64,000 bases of DNA, from the NCBI GenBank assembly GCA_964016885.1, contig OZ024743.1, forward strand, positions 236,096,001 to 236,160,000. Direction: 5' to 3'. The notes beneath the pieces were generated by a model. That model did not search any database. It was given only the letters and a program-made list of their open reading frames with translations, and was not told the origin of the DNA. Both the position numbers and the translations under genes were made by a program. Every line of letters starts with the position of its first letter. Position 1 is the stretch's first letter. This DNA comes from Eledone cirrhosa (taxonomy: Eukaryota). Positions 28,320 to 42,268 of this stretch are shown piece after piece.

Positions 28320-28783
28320 AATATGAAAGACGTAAAATAAGAAAATTAGAAAAATTAACTTACTTACTAAAATTTCACTCCAACTAATTAGTTTCTAAAA
28401 GGGAATAAACATGGTTTCCGAAGAAATCCACGGAGAAGTCCTTTCGTCATCAGGGAAGTCTATTCTCAGCTAAGTTTCCAGGCAATGCGTGGACACAGGG
28501 AACTTATACAAAAATAATTCAGTGGATGGAAAAAAGCAGAGCGTGGACTAAGTTCCAAGACATTGAAAAAATCACTGCCTACTAGGTCGGTGGCAAATTC
28601 AAAAGAATCAATCATGTGTCCACGCATTGCCTGGAAACTTAGCTGAGAATAGACTTCCCTGATGACGAAAGGACTTCTCCGTGGATTTCTTCGGAAACCA
28701 TGTTTATTCCCTTTCAGAAATTAAATAGTTGGAGTGAAATTTTAGTCAGTAAGTTAATTTTTATAATTTTCTTATTTTACGTC

Positions 28784-28790
<7 letters not shown>
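28320..28790. repeat. Fold-back (~175-bp arms) with hammerhead-like core
   Basis: 28322-28497 mirrors 28615-28790; CTGATGA-cgaa...ttcg-GAAA-ccatg in the arms, but stem I is not well formed. Confidence 0.8.
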
Positions 28791-28853
<63 letters not shown>

Positions 28854-28867
28854 CACACTCATATATT

Positions 28868-28896
<29 letters not shown>

Positions 28897-28898
<2 letters not shown>

Positions 28899-29752
28899 GG
28901 CACCAGGCAGTTGCCATTTTACGTCTGTCAGTATAGATTTAATATTTAATATTCTCTAGATCGATACAGACGGACTATATGTACTTGAATTAAGGTATTT
29001 CTATCTGGCTAAAAAATTATTGTCATTTTGCAAAAAAAAAAACACAGTAGTGTTGATCATATATTTTTTTTAATTACTTTTTAAACTATAATGTAATGCT
29101 CAGAAGTATTTTCTTAGAGCTTAATATTTGTAACTGACTACTAAACTGAAATTAAACTGCTCCTACGGTGAGCTGAATTCATAATCACATATTCACGGCT
29201 GCTATTTCTAGCGCCATGGATATGAGCCAGAATGCTGAGAAGGTCGTGTGCAAAAGCACGTGTATTAGGCTTGCGACAGATCAATCTTAAGATATTATCT
29301 TAGGAGAAGTGATTTTAATTTCTGGGTGCCTACCGAAGATCACAGAAAATTGATTACTTTACTAATAATTATTTTATAAATAGTTGTTCCGTAATTAATT
29401 AATTATTTCATTAGTATAACATCCCTTGTGAAACAGGTTTACGTTTTGAAGTTCCGCCCGATCTGCTGAAAAGGTTTGAATTTTGAAATTTAAACTTGTC
29501 TAGGCACCAGGCAGTTGCCATTTTACGTCTGTAAGTATAGATTTAATATTTAATATTCTCTAGATCGATACAGACGGACTATATGTACTTGAATTAAGGT
29601 ATTTCTATCTGGCTAAAAAATTATTGTCATTTTGCAAAAAAAAAAACACAGTAGTGTTGATCATATATTTTTTTTAATTACTTTTTAAACTATAATGTAA
29701 TGCTCAGAAGTATTTTCTTAGAGCTTAATATTTGTAACTGACTACTAAACTG

Positions 29753-29756
<4 letters not shown>
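28897..29756. repeat. 256-bp direct repeats (28897-29152, 29501-29756) in (TA)n
   Basis: Nearly identical copies, period 604; flanked by a short inverted repeat at 28848-28875 / 29801-29828. Confidence 0.9.
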
Positions 29757-29808
<52 letters not shown>

Positions 29809-30762
29809 AATATATGAGTGTGTATAATAATAGTTTCTGATTTAGGCACAAGGGCAGCAACTTTTTTTTTTGGGGGGGGGGGGGGTGAGATGGTTAAATC
29901 GACCCCAGTGTATTACTGGTACTTTATTTTATCGACCCTGTAAGGATGAAAGGCAAAGTTAACCTCGGCGGGATTTGAACTCAGATCATAAAAGGCCGTA
30001 ACTCCATGCTGCAAAGCATGGCGTCCGACCCTCTACCGATACTGCCAATCCACCGCCCTATGTGCGTATAATATTAAGGAGTAACAAGTTGGATATACTG
30101 AACTCAAAATGGCTGCAGGAAAACAGGATATCCTCCCTTGCTGATAATAATTGTTTCTACTTTTGGCACGAGGCCAGCAATTATTCCAGTGCATTACTGG
30201 TACTTTATTTTATCGACCCCGTAAGGATGAAAGGGAAAGCTAACCTCGGCGGGATTTGAACTCAGAATGGCAAGGGCCGTAACTCTATGCGTCAAAGCAT
30301 GGTGTCCGACCCTCAACCGATACTGCCAATCTACCGCCCCTTGCTGATAATAATATTTTCCCTTGTTCATATTATAATAGGGTTTACCTATCAAATATTG
30401 GTCTCACATCTCCATTTAAGGTCATACAATATAAATTAATTTACATATGAATTAAACACAGACTTTATATGTCAGATCTACCACAAAAGATACAAATGAT
30501 CCGGTGGTCTTAAGAAACATCCACAGAGATGGAGACGATTCAGGATAGAATACTTTACCATCAATACCATCCAGACTGGATTGCTCCATGTGAGGACTTA
30601 GGACTATTTATGTGCTCTTGGTAGAAAATGTTCTACTTAAAAATATATAAATAAATATATGAATAAATATATGAATAAATATATGAATAAATGAATATTG
30701 CACAATCAAGATGAGACTTGCTCGTTCATCAACTGCCAACCATTATATATATATATATATAT

Positions 30763-30991
30763 ATATAAAGAATGAATAATAACAGGTAGACATCATAAAA
30801 AGGTAATTTATTCCGCGTGATTCTGCTCTGAGGATACAGTGGTCACAGCATTGGATATTTGAGTTCTGCAAATACTTGTAAATTTGCACATAGCATAACT
30901 AGGCTGTAGTACCACCGTGGAAACATTTGTAAGCACGCGGAATAAATTACCTTTTTATGATGTCTACCTGTTATTATTCATTCTTTATATA
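30763..30991 (+). ncRNA. Fold-back element enclosing a hammerhead with extended stem II (30824-30935)
   Basis: Arms 30763-30819 / 30934-30991; tgct-CTGAGGA-(85 nt, ends pair)-GAAA-catttg-TA-agca. Confidence 0.75.
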
Positions 30992-31127
30992 CACTCCGGA
31001 ATACAGAAGGATCAGGAACTAAGTTTCTTCAACAATTCTTCCATAACTCGTAGAGTAACCTCTCACCGTACGTCAACCATATCCAGTGTAGTAATTAACC
31101 ATTACTACATCTTGGATAATCCTATAC

Positions 31128-31725
<598 letters not shown>

Positions 31726-32055
31726 ATTACTGTTGACGAAGTGGCAGCCTTGTTCGATCATTATACCAAAAGCTTAATATGTAAGCAGGCAGTATAATTG
31801 ATTTAGGTGTCGCAGAAACCCTTTACTGGATTATACCATCAATTCCGGGTGTCCAGGTAAATTCTTTTGTTTGACCTGTTTAGCTTGCTTCGTTTTTTAG
31901 TCCATGGAACGCTTGCCGCATATCTCGGAAATTGCATTTCGCTTTGTTTTCGACCACTGCTGAAATTCGATCTCGCTGAAATTATATATATATATATATA
32001 AATTAATAAAAACAATGAATAAAAACAAAGAAACAGTTCCTTATACTAAAAAATT

Positions 32056-32191
32056 CATCATTTTACGATCGTTTCTAGGATATATATGTGTGTGTTGGTA
32101 TGTATATCATATAGATCTATGTAAAATTTTTACAAACTATCAGAGGGAATATACATACCTACACATATATATGCTGTCTTCAGAAATAATG
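32056..32191 (-). ncRNA. Type-I hammerhead with long stem II, same sense as the PLE ORF
   Basis: Minus strand: cattattt-CTGAAGA-(~100-nt hairpin)-GAAA-cgatcg-TA-aaatgatg; 8-bp stem I. Confidence 0.75.
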
Positions 32192-33252
32192 ATATTTGTT
32201 TATTGAAAAAAACCAACAAAGATTTAATATAATAGGTCTGTTTTGGGAACAGGTTTTGAATTGACCAATAGAAAGGTAGTAAGTGGTCAAGATGGTAGAA
32301 TAGTAGTAATGGAACTTTAATTTAGGGGTAGAGAAAAGCAGACTTCAGTTTTGAATGGAAAGAGTATTTTGGATGAAAATATTACTTTGGGGATGAAAAT
32401 AGGTCAAGTCGGTAAAAGGTACACGAAGATTTGATGTTACAACAGAATAATGCTAATGTAAAAGTCTAAGGAGAATTAAATTTTACGATAAATGTGTTAG
32501 TGAAAAATATCAATCTTATTTAAAACATAAGGAATTTACATCTATAAAAAGAAAATAAATTAATTAAATTGATAGGTATATTTATATTGATAAATTTATA
32601 TTAATTCATATAGATATGATAAATAAGAGTTAGATGTAATTGAAGAATGTTGTTAAAAACTAAGGGAAAATAAAAAAATAGTAATAATAATTGGGGGGGG
32701 GGGGGATAAATGTATTAGTGAGAAATAACAAATTTATATAGATTATAAGGAATATAGATTCATAACCTAAAATTAAAATAGTTTATATGTATACTTATTG
32801 GTATAAATTTTAGGAAAAGATAGCTGTAAAAGGGAAATAAAATTATGCAGTTCATTAGTAGTAGAATATTAATTATAGGTTAACTAATTAATTAAATTGA
32901 TAGGTATATTTATATCGATAAATTTATATTCATTCATATAGATATGATAAATAAGAGTTAGATGTAATTGAAGAATGTTGTTAAAAACTAAGGGAAAATA
33001 AAAAAATAATAATAATAATTGGGGGGGGGGGATAAATGTATTAGTGAGAAATAATAAATTTATATAGATTATAAGGAATATAGATTCATAACCTGAAATT
33101 AAAATAGTTTATATGCATACTTATTGGTATAAATTTTAGGAAAAGATAGCTGTAAAAGGGAAATAAAATTATGCAGTTCATTAGTAGTAGAATATTAATT
33201 ATAGGTTAAAAAAAATTAAAAAAAATTATTATAATAATTTGTAAAGTATATA

Positions 33253-33879
33253 TTAATTAGGTTTATAATATTTAAAAGTTCTTCTAATTTTATGATTACA
33301 TGATATAATTAATTCTTGTCGCTTATTTAATAGGATATCCTTAGATTTCATTATTTCAAAAAGTTCCTGGGAACATAATCTACATTCATATCTATTATTT
33401 TGATAAGGGGTGGCCCTTTTGAGCACACTCCAGGTCAGGTTATAATCGATATTCATTTTTCTATAATTATTAATTATTTCAGCTAAGGATGTTGTATTAG
33501 CTAATGCGGCATTTTTAAAACTGTGTTTGTGGGTATTAAATCTTACTTTAAATTGGTTAGAAGTAGCTCCTATATATGAATAAGTTGAGTCCTTAGTGTT
33601 AATTTTACATTTATATACTATGTTATTAATAAGGCAATTTCCTTTTAATGGGCAATTTGCTTTGTTTCTACAGTTACAACCTTTCGTGAATGTTGTATCA
33701 GAGGAGATAGTCAAATTAGGTGTGAAATTTTCTCGACTTGTTGTATGTGAATGAGATGGTGGTTTGCTGTGGTTTATTTTAGTATTATGGTTAGTTCGAT
33801 GTATTGGTGGTATATTTATGTTTTTTTTACATTTATATGCATTATAGGCACTTATATTTTGTTGGACACTACCGTACAT
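33253..33879 (-). pseudogene. PLE GIY-YIG endonuclease C-terminal region
   Basis: CNCRNKANCPLKGNC, NIVYKC, YIGATSNQFKVRFNTH, CRLCSQE, LLNKRQE..SCNH motifs; no RT domain upstream. Confidence 0.85.
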
Positions 33880-33914
33880 TTTGGTAGATTTATCTACATA
33901 TATATATATATATA

Positions 33915-34877
33915 TATATGCATTTTTTTTCTAACTTTAATTTTATACCTAATTGTGTATGGTTGACGATATATTTAATCGATTTCCACGTGCTATTGAA
34001 ATGCTGGGTAAATATTCTATGGTTGTTGGTCGCGAATAAATGGCTATCGTTTATTTATCTATTATTTCTTCACAGGTGCCTTTTAATCTTATAGCCTGGT
34101 TTAATTGTTTTTTTTGTGTGGTTGATTATGCTAATTGGGAGAGGAAATTGAGTATATATTTTATCAAATGATTCTAAGGACATAATTTATAGTATATTGC
34201 TCTGATTATTTAATTTATTAATTCATCATTGAGCCACATCGTGAATGGTTGTCAAAAACATATCTATGACTTTGTCTAGTTTGTGTATATGTAAATCTTT
34301 ATATTTGATAATCTCCCATAAGGTTGAGATGCAATTTAGGCAATATTAGGCTGCGCTTTCTAGCAACCAGCCTACTAGCCGTAAGGCACCAATCAGATTC
34401 TTTCTGACTTGACCACTGCCACGTCACAGTTCTTAGCTATTTTGAATTCGTTTCTGGCGGGGATCATTTAAGAAAAATCTTTGTCCAAGTGAGTTTGTTT
34501 CCTGATGAGTTCGAAGCTCAAGAATTTATCCTTGATAGGATATTTCCGAAAGCGAACCAAACCCTAAAGGGTAGAAACGTAATCTTGGTATGTGTATATG
34601 CATTTTTTCTTCTAACTTTAATTTTATATCTAATTGTGTATGGGTGACGATATATTTAATCGATTTCCACGTGCTATTGAAATGCTGGGTAAATATTCTA
34701 TGGTTGTTGATCGCGAATAAATGGCAATCGTTTATTTATCTATTATTTCTTCACAGGTGCCTTTTAATCTTATAGCCTGGTTTAATTGGCTTTTTGTGCG
34801 GTTGATTATGCTAATTGGGAGAGGAAATTGAGTATATAGTTTATCAAATGATTCTAAGGACATAATTTATAGTATAT
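33915..34877 (+). repeat. Partial tandem unit (~280-bp direct repeats, period 680) containing a hammerhead
   Basis: 33915-34197 is repeated at 34595-34877; hammerhead at 34497-34578: gtttc-CTGATGA-gttcg...cgaac-cAAA-ccc-taaa-ggg-TA-gaaac (GAAA mutated to CAAA). Confidence 0.8.
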
Positions 34878-35030
34878 ATATATTTATTTATTTAGGTTTG
34901 AAGGTTCACCACTGGATAGAGCTGGTCATTCCGTATGGTCAATCTTGATGTAATAATATGGAGAGTACTCAACGTAAAGCAGCTCAACTGTCTTCGTTTG
35001 TGTAGTTGGTGGTGCGAGTACGGAGTTAAA

Positions 35031-35407
35031 TATTATAATAAAATAACAGGAGGCTGAACTTGCGTAAATCCTTGAAAGGTTTATTATACTATGATTTATT
35101 TTTTATTTTTTATTTGACCGGGAGGTTAGTAGCACATTATAAGCTTTCTCCCCCTCACCAGATAGCCTTAAGTAGACCGAATAGCCAGCACTTGAGGGCG
35201 ACCGGCTAAAGTGGAAGATGCTAGGTGGTCGGTCGTCCTCGGGTCTATGATTTTCAACCCCATGGATTTTATCTGTTACATTCATTTATTATATTTCGAA
35301 TACCTGATGATATCACCGGATTCATACGATACCCTGTCATTGAAATGATCATAGTATAATAAACCTTTCAAGGATTTACACAAGTCCAGCCTCCTGTTAT
35401 TTTATTA

Positions 35408-35412
<5 letters not shown>
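35031..35412 (+). repeat. Fold-back element with hammerhead (35300-35357)
   Basis: Arms 35031-35095 / 35348-35412; atac-CTGATGA-...-GAAA-tgatca-TA-gtat; stem II degenerate. Confidence 0.75.
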
Positions 35413-35481
<69 letters not shown>

Positions 35482-35724
35482 TATATAAATATATATATCA
35501 GGATGGATTCAGTTTGAAACTGGTTAGACCATTACTCAACAGAGAACTCGATACTTGGGGTAGTAAAGTATGGTTGTATTATAAAGAGTCAGGACCCAAC
35601 GGTTGAGCTCTTGCCGTTTCAACAGCTAGTTTCAGCGTGGAACTAGCTGTTAAAACGGCAAGAGCTCAGCCATTGAGTCCCGAGTCTTTATAATATAATA
35701 TATATTATGGAGGCACATGGCTTA

Positions 35725-36060
35725 GTATGGAGGCACATGGCTTAGTGGTTAGAGCATTGGCCTTGCAATCGAAAGGTTGTGAGTTCAATTCTCAGACCGG
35801 GTGATGTGTTGTTTCCTTGAGCAAGACACTTTATTTCACATTGCTCCAGTTTACTCAGCTGTAGAAATGAGATGATAGGGACTGGGGTCCTTATCATTCC
35901 ATTGCAAAGTGGTCGTGGAGGTGCCACGGCAAAAAAGCACCCAGCACTCACTGTAAATGAGGTTGGTGTTAGGAAGGGCATCCAGCTGTAGAAATCAAGC
36001 CAGCATCAGTTCCCGTCCCACCCTTGCAAGCAGGGAAAAAGCGGACGTAAAATAAAATGA
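35725..36060 (+). mobile_element. tRNA-derived SINE family A
   Basis: tggcttagtggttagagc...gttcaattc...gagcaagacactttatttcac; the 5' end is locally duplicated. Confidence 0.8.
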
Positions 36061-36064
36061 AATG

Positions 36065-36103
<39 letters not shown>

Positions 36104-36606
36104 CAAAAGGGATAATCAATTTGTTGGTAATTCAACAAATATACATGTTTATAACTGATTCAGAGCACTCGACAGTTTTTCTGGGGTATAATATTCAATG
36201 ATATTAAATAAATGGAAACTATATTTATAAAACCATATTTATTCTATTATATATATTTCAAGGGTACAAACACTTTGGTACCCTTGGTACGCTCTCATCA
36301 AATACAAAGTTTGTTTTATAAATGTTGACATAAGAAAATATACCTTAACGGTTCAAGTTTTCCTAGGGGTATATATATATATACCCCCCCCCCCCCACCA
36401 ACACACATATATATATATATATGAAAAATTCAGGATTTCGACGGTTGAGCTCCTGCCGTTTCAACAGCCAGTTTGAATCTAGCAGTTGAAACGGCAGGAG
36501 CTCAGCTGTCGGGGTCCTGAATTTTTCATATTACCCACTCTACTACCCCAAGTATCAAGTAGTCTGGTGAGTAATGGCCTACCTGGGTTTTACCACCTCC
36601 AATATG

Positions 36607-36638
<32 letters not shown>

Positions 36639-36804
36639 ATGTGTAGGGATTGTAACGTCCAGTTACTGTAGGTACACCAGTGAGCACTCAATAGGTAGTA
36701 TCCAGTAGGTATATTGGTGTGTACTAAGCAGAGTGTAATACTGCTAATAATAATAAAAGGGATAAGGTGTTAGATATTCATTATGTTTATTGAGGTGTGA
36801 CGTG

Positions 36805-36954
36805 CGTTTCGCGATAATCAGCTCAAGGTTCGATCTCTATCGATGTGGTCCGACTCTGGAATCAAAAGCTCCTCGGACTTCTGTTATGGTAATAGCATTC
36901 AGAGTCGGGCCAGATCGATACAGATTGAACCTTGAGCTGATTAATCGCGAAACG
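36805..36954. repeat. Fold-back (~54-bp arms) adjoining a hammerhead 3' half
   Basis: cgtttcgcgat...gactctg / cagagtc...atcgcgaaacg; the minus strand continues GAAA-cgcacg-TC-acacc. Confidence 0.75.
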
Positions 36955-36998
<44 letters not shown>

Positions 36999-39489
36999 CA
37001 GACAGAGAGGGAGATTGAGAGAGAGTGAGAGAGTGTGAAAGAGAGAGAGTGATAGAGAGAGAGTGTGTGTGAGAGAGTTACTTGTACTTGTAGCAACATT
37101 CACAAGGTAATATATATATTTTATGTGCTAGTGATGTCAAACGAATAAAACAATTCAGTTGTGTATATGAAATATATATGTATAATGTATATACATATAC
37201 ATATATATATATGTATACCGTATAATGTATAGGGCGTATGTGTGTGAGCGTGCTTATGTGTGTGCATGTATGTATGTGTTGTATGTAATTGTGTGTATGT
37301 GTGTGTGTGTGTATGTGCATATGCGTGTGCGTGTATGTGCGTGTGAGTGTGTGCGTGTATGTGTATGTGCATGTGTGCATGTGGGTGTGTGGCTGTATAT
37401 ATATATGTGTGTGTGCATGTATGTATGTGTGTGTGTATGTGTACGTGCGTGTGTGCATGTGTGTGTGTGTGCGTGTATAGTGTTGTAGGGAGACGAGAGA
37501 GAAGAAGTAGAGAAAGTGAGAGAAATATTTGTGTTGAGAGTGGAGGGGGGGGGGGGGCAGAATTATGTAATGAAATATTTACCTAATAACAGGGCTTCAC
37601 TTTGATGTCTTAGTATTGTTACATCTTTCACATCTTGCCATCGGGATTTAGAAATATTATCTAAAGCTTTACTTAGTCTGGTATTGTTAGGGAGTTAGGT
37701 AAAGTTGTCAGCTGAAATACTCTATTGTTGGTATAGTCTTGTAATCAGAGCTGGCGCTTGGTTATAGACTGCTCTACAATGAGCTCCCCACTTTCTCCCA
37801 GTTATGCACCCCCCCCCCCCCTCAACATTCTCCCAGTTATGTACCTCACAGCACTGCCCAGCTCAGCCATACTCACCCTCGGCACAATTGCGATCCTCTA
37901 AGGTTTAATAATTGTTTCTACTTTTGGCACAAGGCCAGCAATTACCCAGTGCATTACTGGTACTTTATTTTATCGACCCCGTAAGGATGAAAGGCAAAGT
38001 TAACCTCGGCGGGATTTGAACTCAGAACGATATTACCAATCCACCATGCCAATCCTTTATACACAGATATTTCTACAACACTGATACACAGCAACGATGT
38101 TTTGTAGTACATTTATTGATCGTAAGAAATTATGTATTCAAACTAATTATACAAATGATGAAAGTGTTGTTGAGGAAATTTAGAATATGTTTGTAGAGGC
38201 AGATAAAAAAGAAAAAAGAAAAACTATTAACCACATGACAATAGTATCAGAGGTGTGATCTCTTAATTCGGAGAAGTAGAGGCTCTACCTGGAGTGACTC
38301 CTGAGATTTTTTTCTTGAGACGTTCTAACCACATGCCCATACTATCGGAGCTGTGATCTCTCAATTTGGAGAATTAACGACTCGACTTGGAGTGACACTT
38401 TGATCTCCGAGCTACTCCAAAAACCCTTCGGAGGAAGTCTTAGGAAAGAATCGTTGGATAGATTTTACGAGCAAAATCAACCGGCAGGAGTCCCAGGGGT
38501 AGACTCCGAGTAAGGTGTTTGTTTGGATAACATCCATGAGCTTGGCTGGTCTCGCTTGGATATCTAGTCGAATCAGTTGGAGGCGGTTGCTTCTGACAAG
38601 ACCCACTGGAAGGAGTGTTTAAGGACTCCACGACACTCTCACGAATAATTGAAAGAAGAAGAAGAAGAAGAAGAAGAAGAAGAAGAAGAAGAAGAAGAAG
38701 AAGAAGAAGAAGAAGATATTAAATAGCGAAAGCAAGGGAGATGTGAGGGAGAGATAAACTCTACACCCAGTCAAGGCAGTATATTTCCTTTACAACCGAC
38801 GGACAAAATGGTGAATGAATTTCCATGGGGAACAACCAGTGATACCCATTACACCTGCCATTCCACCTCACTGGGCTTCTTTCTTGGGAACTGTTCCCTA
38901 TCTTGCAGAGGAATGTGACAGGACTGAGAACACGAGGAGTCATGACTGCCACTGACACGAAAAAGAAGCATTCGGTTAAGTCCTGATATTTGGATATCTT
39001 CCGTTCCTTTGATTATTGGGCGACAATGCCCCGGGATTGTGGCCGAAACGACATGGTTTGGAGGCGGAGAACCTGCCAGAGCACGTGAGGTCCCAGATTA
39101 AAGATTTGCCTGCATCCCTCGAACGGGTGAAGGGTAACCTTTGGGCGCTTACCATCACCGTCGTCGAAGCCGGAAGGCACCAGTTCTGACGGGTGATTCT
39201 TAAAGGTTTAGTAATGGGAGGTTTTGCGCCCCGAGCGGTTGCTTAGTTAGCCTTAATAGTAGCACCAGACCTGACTATTTGTCGAGAACAGTGGATTGCC
39301 TTGGGGGAGGAGGGAGTAGTACATTATTGTTTATGAAAGAAATGGCGAGAATAAAGAGTTCAGATTAACGGGAGGTAATAAACGATATGACTTGTTGATG
39401 TTATTGTTGGTTCTGTGCCAGTGTAGGCGTACATAATTATATATACATATACATACATACATACACACACACACATACATACACACATA

Positions 39490-40098
39490 CATGGTGGCTG
39501 CCAACTCGTTTTCGAGTACGGCCACTACTTTATATCCATGTAGGAGAACCCCTACCGATGCGCTGAACGAGTGTGACTTTTTAGTCCAGCCAGCGACTTG
39601 AAAACTCTGGTACAAACACTACACCTGTCACAATTATTGTCACATAGTGCTGGGCCCATGGTACCATGTGACGACAAGTGCAGAGAGATCTCCAGATATA
39701 AAGCAATGCCTGTGCCGTGAAGCTTTTATAGTGAGCAAAGGCACTGCAAAGCCAGTCCCACTCTCTTGACCAAGATGATAATTACCAAAAAGAAGAACAA
39801 GTCAACATCATTGGATACCATCAGGGTTGCAGGTGTTATATCAGAGTTTTCCTTCTCCTAGAATTCTGCATTGACAAAGGCTAAGGGGTCATCTCTCCCG
39901 GTGATTTTGGATGGCCATTGACTCTTAAGAGCTCCTTTGCTCTTTGACAAGTTTTGTTTTTAGTCCTGCAGGATGTCCAAAGTCACCCTCCTCACCAAGA
40001 AACCTTGGTAGGGTTGCCAGTTTAGTCGCCAACGACCCGACCATGGGACAGGTTGTACTAGAATACATGTTACCAGTAGCACCAATTGGTGACCTGAC
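39490..40098 (-). mobile_element. ~600-bp non-coding repeat, RTE-5'UTR-like, flanked by (CATA)n
   Basis: Near-identical copies at 40700-41298 and 51418-51832 (partial), diverged copy at ~44560-44862; contains a ctag(g)gagaaggaaaactctga motif typical of RTE 5' UTRs. Confidence 0.65.
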
Positions 40099-40183
40099 AT
40101 ACACACATACATACATACACACATACATACACACATACATACATACATACATACATACATACATACATACATACATACATACA

Positions 40184-40212
<29 letters not shown>

Positions 40213-40216
<4 letters not shown>

Positions 40217-40673
40217 TTATGCAGAACTGATGAGAAATCTGCAGATACTCCACCCTGATTACACCTTCAGATTTATGCCTGTGATTATTGGGGCACTGGG
40301 ATATGTTAGTAACTGCCTCAATACAAATCTTGAGAAGCTGGGCTTCACAGGAACAGAAAGAACACAACTATTTAGGAAACTACAAGTACAATCCATTAAT
40401 GGAACAGTAAAAATATGTAAAACATTCCAAAAAATGTGCATCTAATAACTGCATATACACATGTAGAGATACAAAGCATATACACATGCACACATACAAC
40501 TCAAAACATATACATCCACACATACAATAACATCCATATCTACACATGCATGCATACATACATATCTACTAAGTTGATGTTGTGTAAATTCCAATGAGAG
40601 AGTCTTGTGTCTATGTTAGAAACCGACTCTCTCTCTATTGGTAAAACTTTGTGAAATTATAAAACCAGAAGAA
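40213..40673 (+). mobile_element. 5'-truncated 3' end of the R4-like LINE in (CATA)n
   Basis: Nearly identical to 54868-55305 (MRNLQILHPDY...CKTFQKMCI plus 3' UTR). Confidence 0.9.
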
Positions 40674-41341
40674 CATACATACATACATACATACATACAT
40701 GGTGGCTGCCAACTCGTTTTCGAGTACGGCCACTACTTTATATCCATGTCCTACCGATACACTGAACAAGTGTGACTTTTTAGTCCAGCCAGCAACTTGA
40801 AAACTCTGGTACAAACACTACACTTGTGACAATTATTGACACATAGTGCTGGGCCCATGGACCATGTGACGACAAGTGCAGAGAGATCTCCAGATATAAA
40901 GCAATGCCTGTGCCGTGAAGCTTTTATAGTGAGCAAAGGCACTGCACAAAGCCAGTTCCACTCTGTTAACCAAGATGATATTTACCAAAAAGAAGAACAA
41001 GTCAACATCATTGGATACCATCAGGGTTGCAGGTGTTATATCAGAGTTTTCCTTCTCCTAGAATTCTGCCTTGACAAAGGCTAAGGGGTCATTTCTCCCG
41101 GTGATTTTGGATGGCCATTGACTCTTAAGAGCTCCTTTGCTCTTTGATAGGTTTTGCTTTTAGTCCTGCAGGATGTCCAAAGTCACCCTCCTCACCAAGA
41201 AACCTTGGTGGGGTTGCCAGTTTAGTCGCCAACGACCCGACCATGAGACAGGTTGTACTGGGATACATGTTACCAGTAGCACCAACTGGTGACCTGACAT
41301 ATACATACATACATACATACATACATACATACATACATACA

Positions 41342-41372
<31 letters not shown>

Positions 41373-41729
41373 GTGTAAGTGTATGTATATATATATATAT
41401 ATATATACATATATGTGTGTGTGTGTGTGTGTATGTATATGTATATATATGTATATGTATATATATATATGTGTGTATAGGTATATGAACGCCTAATTAT
41501 ATGTGGACATATATCATTAGAAGTATGGTATGTGTGTGTATGTGTATCATATATATGTATGTACGTACGTATGTATATATATATGTGTGTATGTATGTGT
41601 ATGTGTGTGCGTGTAATGCATAATTATTGGTGTGAGTATACTTCCATGGTGTACTGAATATGTGTGTGTGTGTGTGTGTGTTTTATTTACCCATTTACAT
41701 CTCAACAGGTGAGGGAGGGGGGGGGGGGA

Positions 41730-42268
41730 GATGGAAAGGAGAAGAAGAAGAAGGATGAGGAGAAGGGGGAGGAGGAGGAGGAGGAGGAGGAGGAGAAGAA
41801 GAAGAAGAAGAAGAAGAAGAAGAAGAAGAAGAAGAAGAAGAAGAAGAAGAAGGAGGAGGAGGAGGAGGAGGAGAATGAAAAGAAGAAGAAGAAGAAGAAG
41901 AAGAAGAAGAAGAAGAAGAAGGAGAAGAAGAAGGAGGATGAGAAGAAGAAGAAGAAGAAGAAGAAGAAGAAGAAGAAGAAGAAGAAGAAGAAGAAGAAGA
42001 AGAAGAAGAAGAAGAAGAAGAAGAATGAGAAGAAGAAGAAGAAGAAGAAGAAGAAGAAGGAGGAGGAGAAGAAGAAGAAGAAGAAGAAGAAGAAGAAGAA
42101 GAAGAAGAAGAAGAAGAAGAAGAAGGAGGAGGAGGAGAAGAAGAAGAAGAAGAAGAAGAAGAAGAAGAAGAAGAAGAAGAAGAAGAAGAAGAAGAAGAAG
42201 AAGAAAAACGAGGAGGAGGAGAAGAAGAAGAAGGGGAAGAAGAAGAAGAAGAAGGAGGAGGAGGAGGT
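41730..42268. repeat. (GAA)n/(GAG)n microsatellite
   Basis: Direct reading. Confidence 0.95.

Larger units (their letters stand above)
31995..33895 (-). mobile_element. 5'-truncated Penelope-like retroelement
   Basis: GIY-YIG ORF, AT-rich 3' region with a ~325-bp tandem duplication (about 32561-33208), hammerhead near the 3' end; (TA)n on both sides. Confidence 0.8.

Noticed and set aside
30540-30615. Mariner-like motif (YHPDWIAPCED resembling YSPDLAPSD)
   Set aside because: Too short and degenerate; no TIRs or other motifs found.
38760-39330. GC-richer unique-looking segment as a possible exon
   Set aside because: No convincing ORF or splice pattern; more likely an unclassified retroelement UTR fragment.
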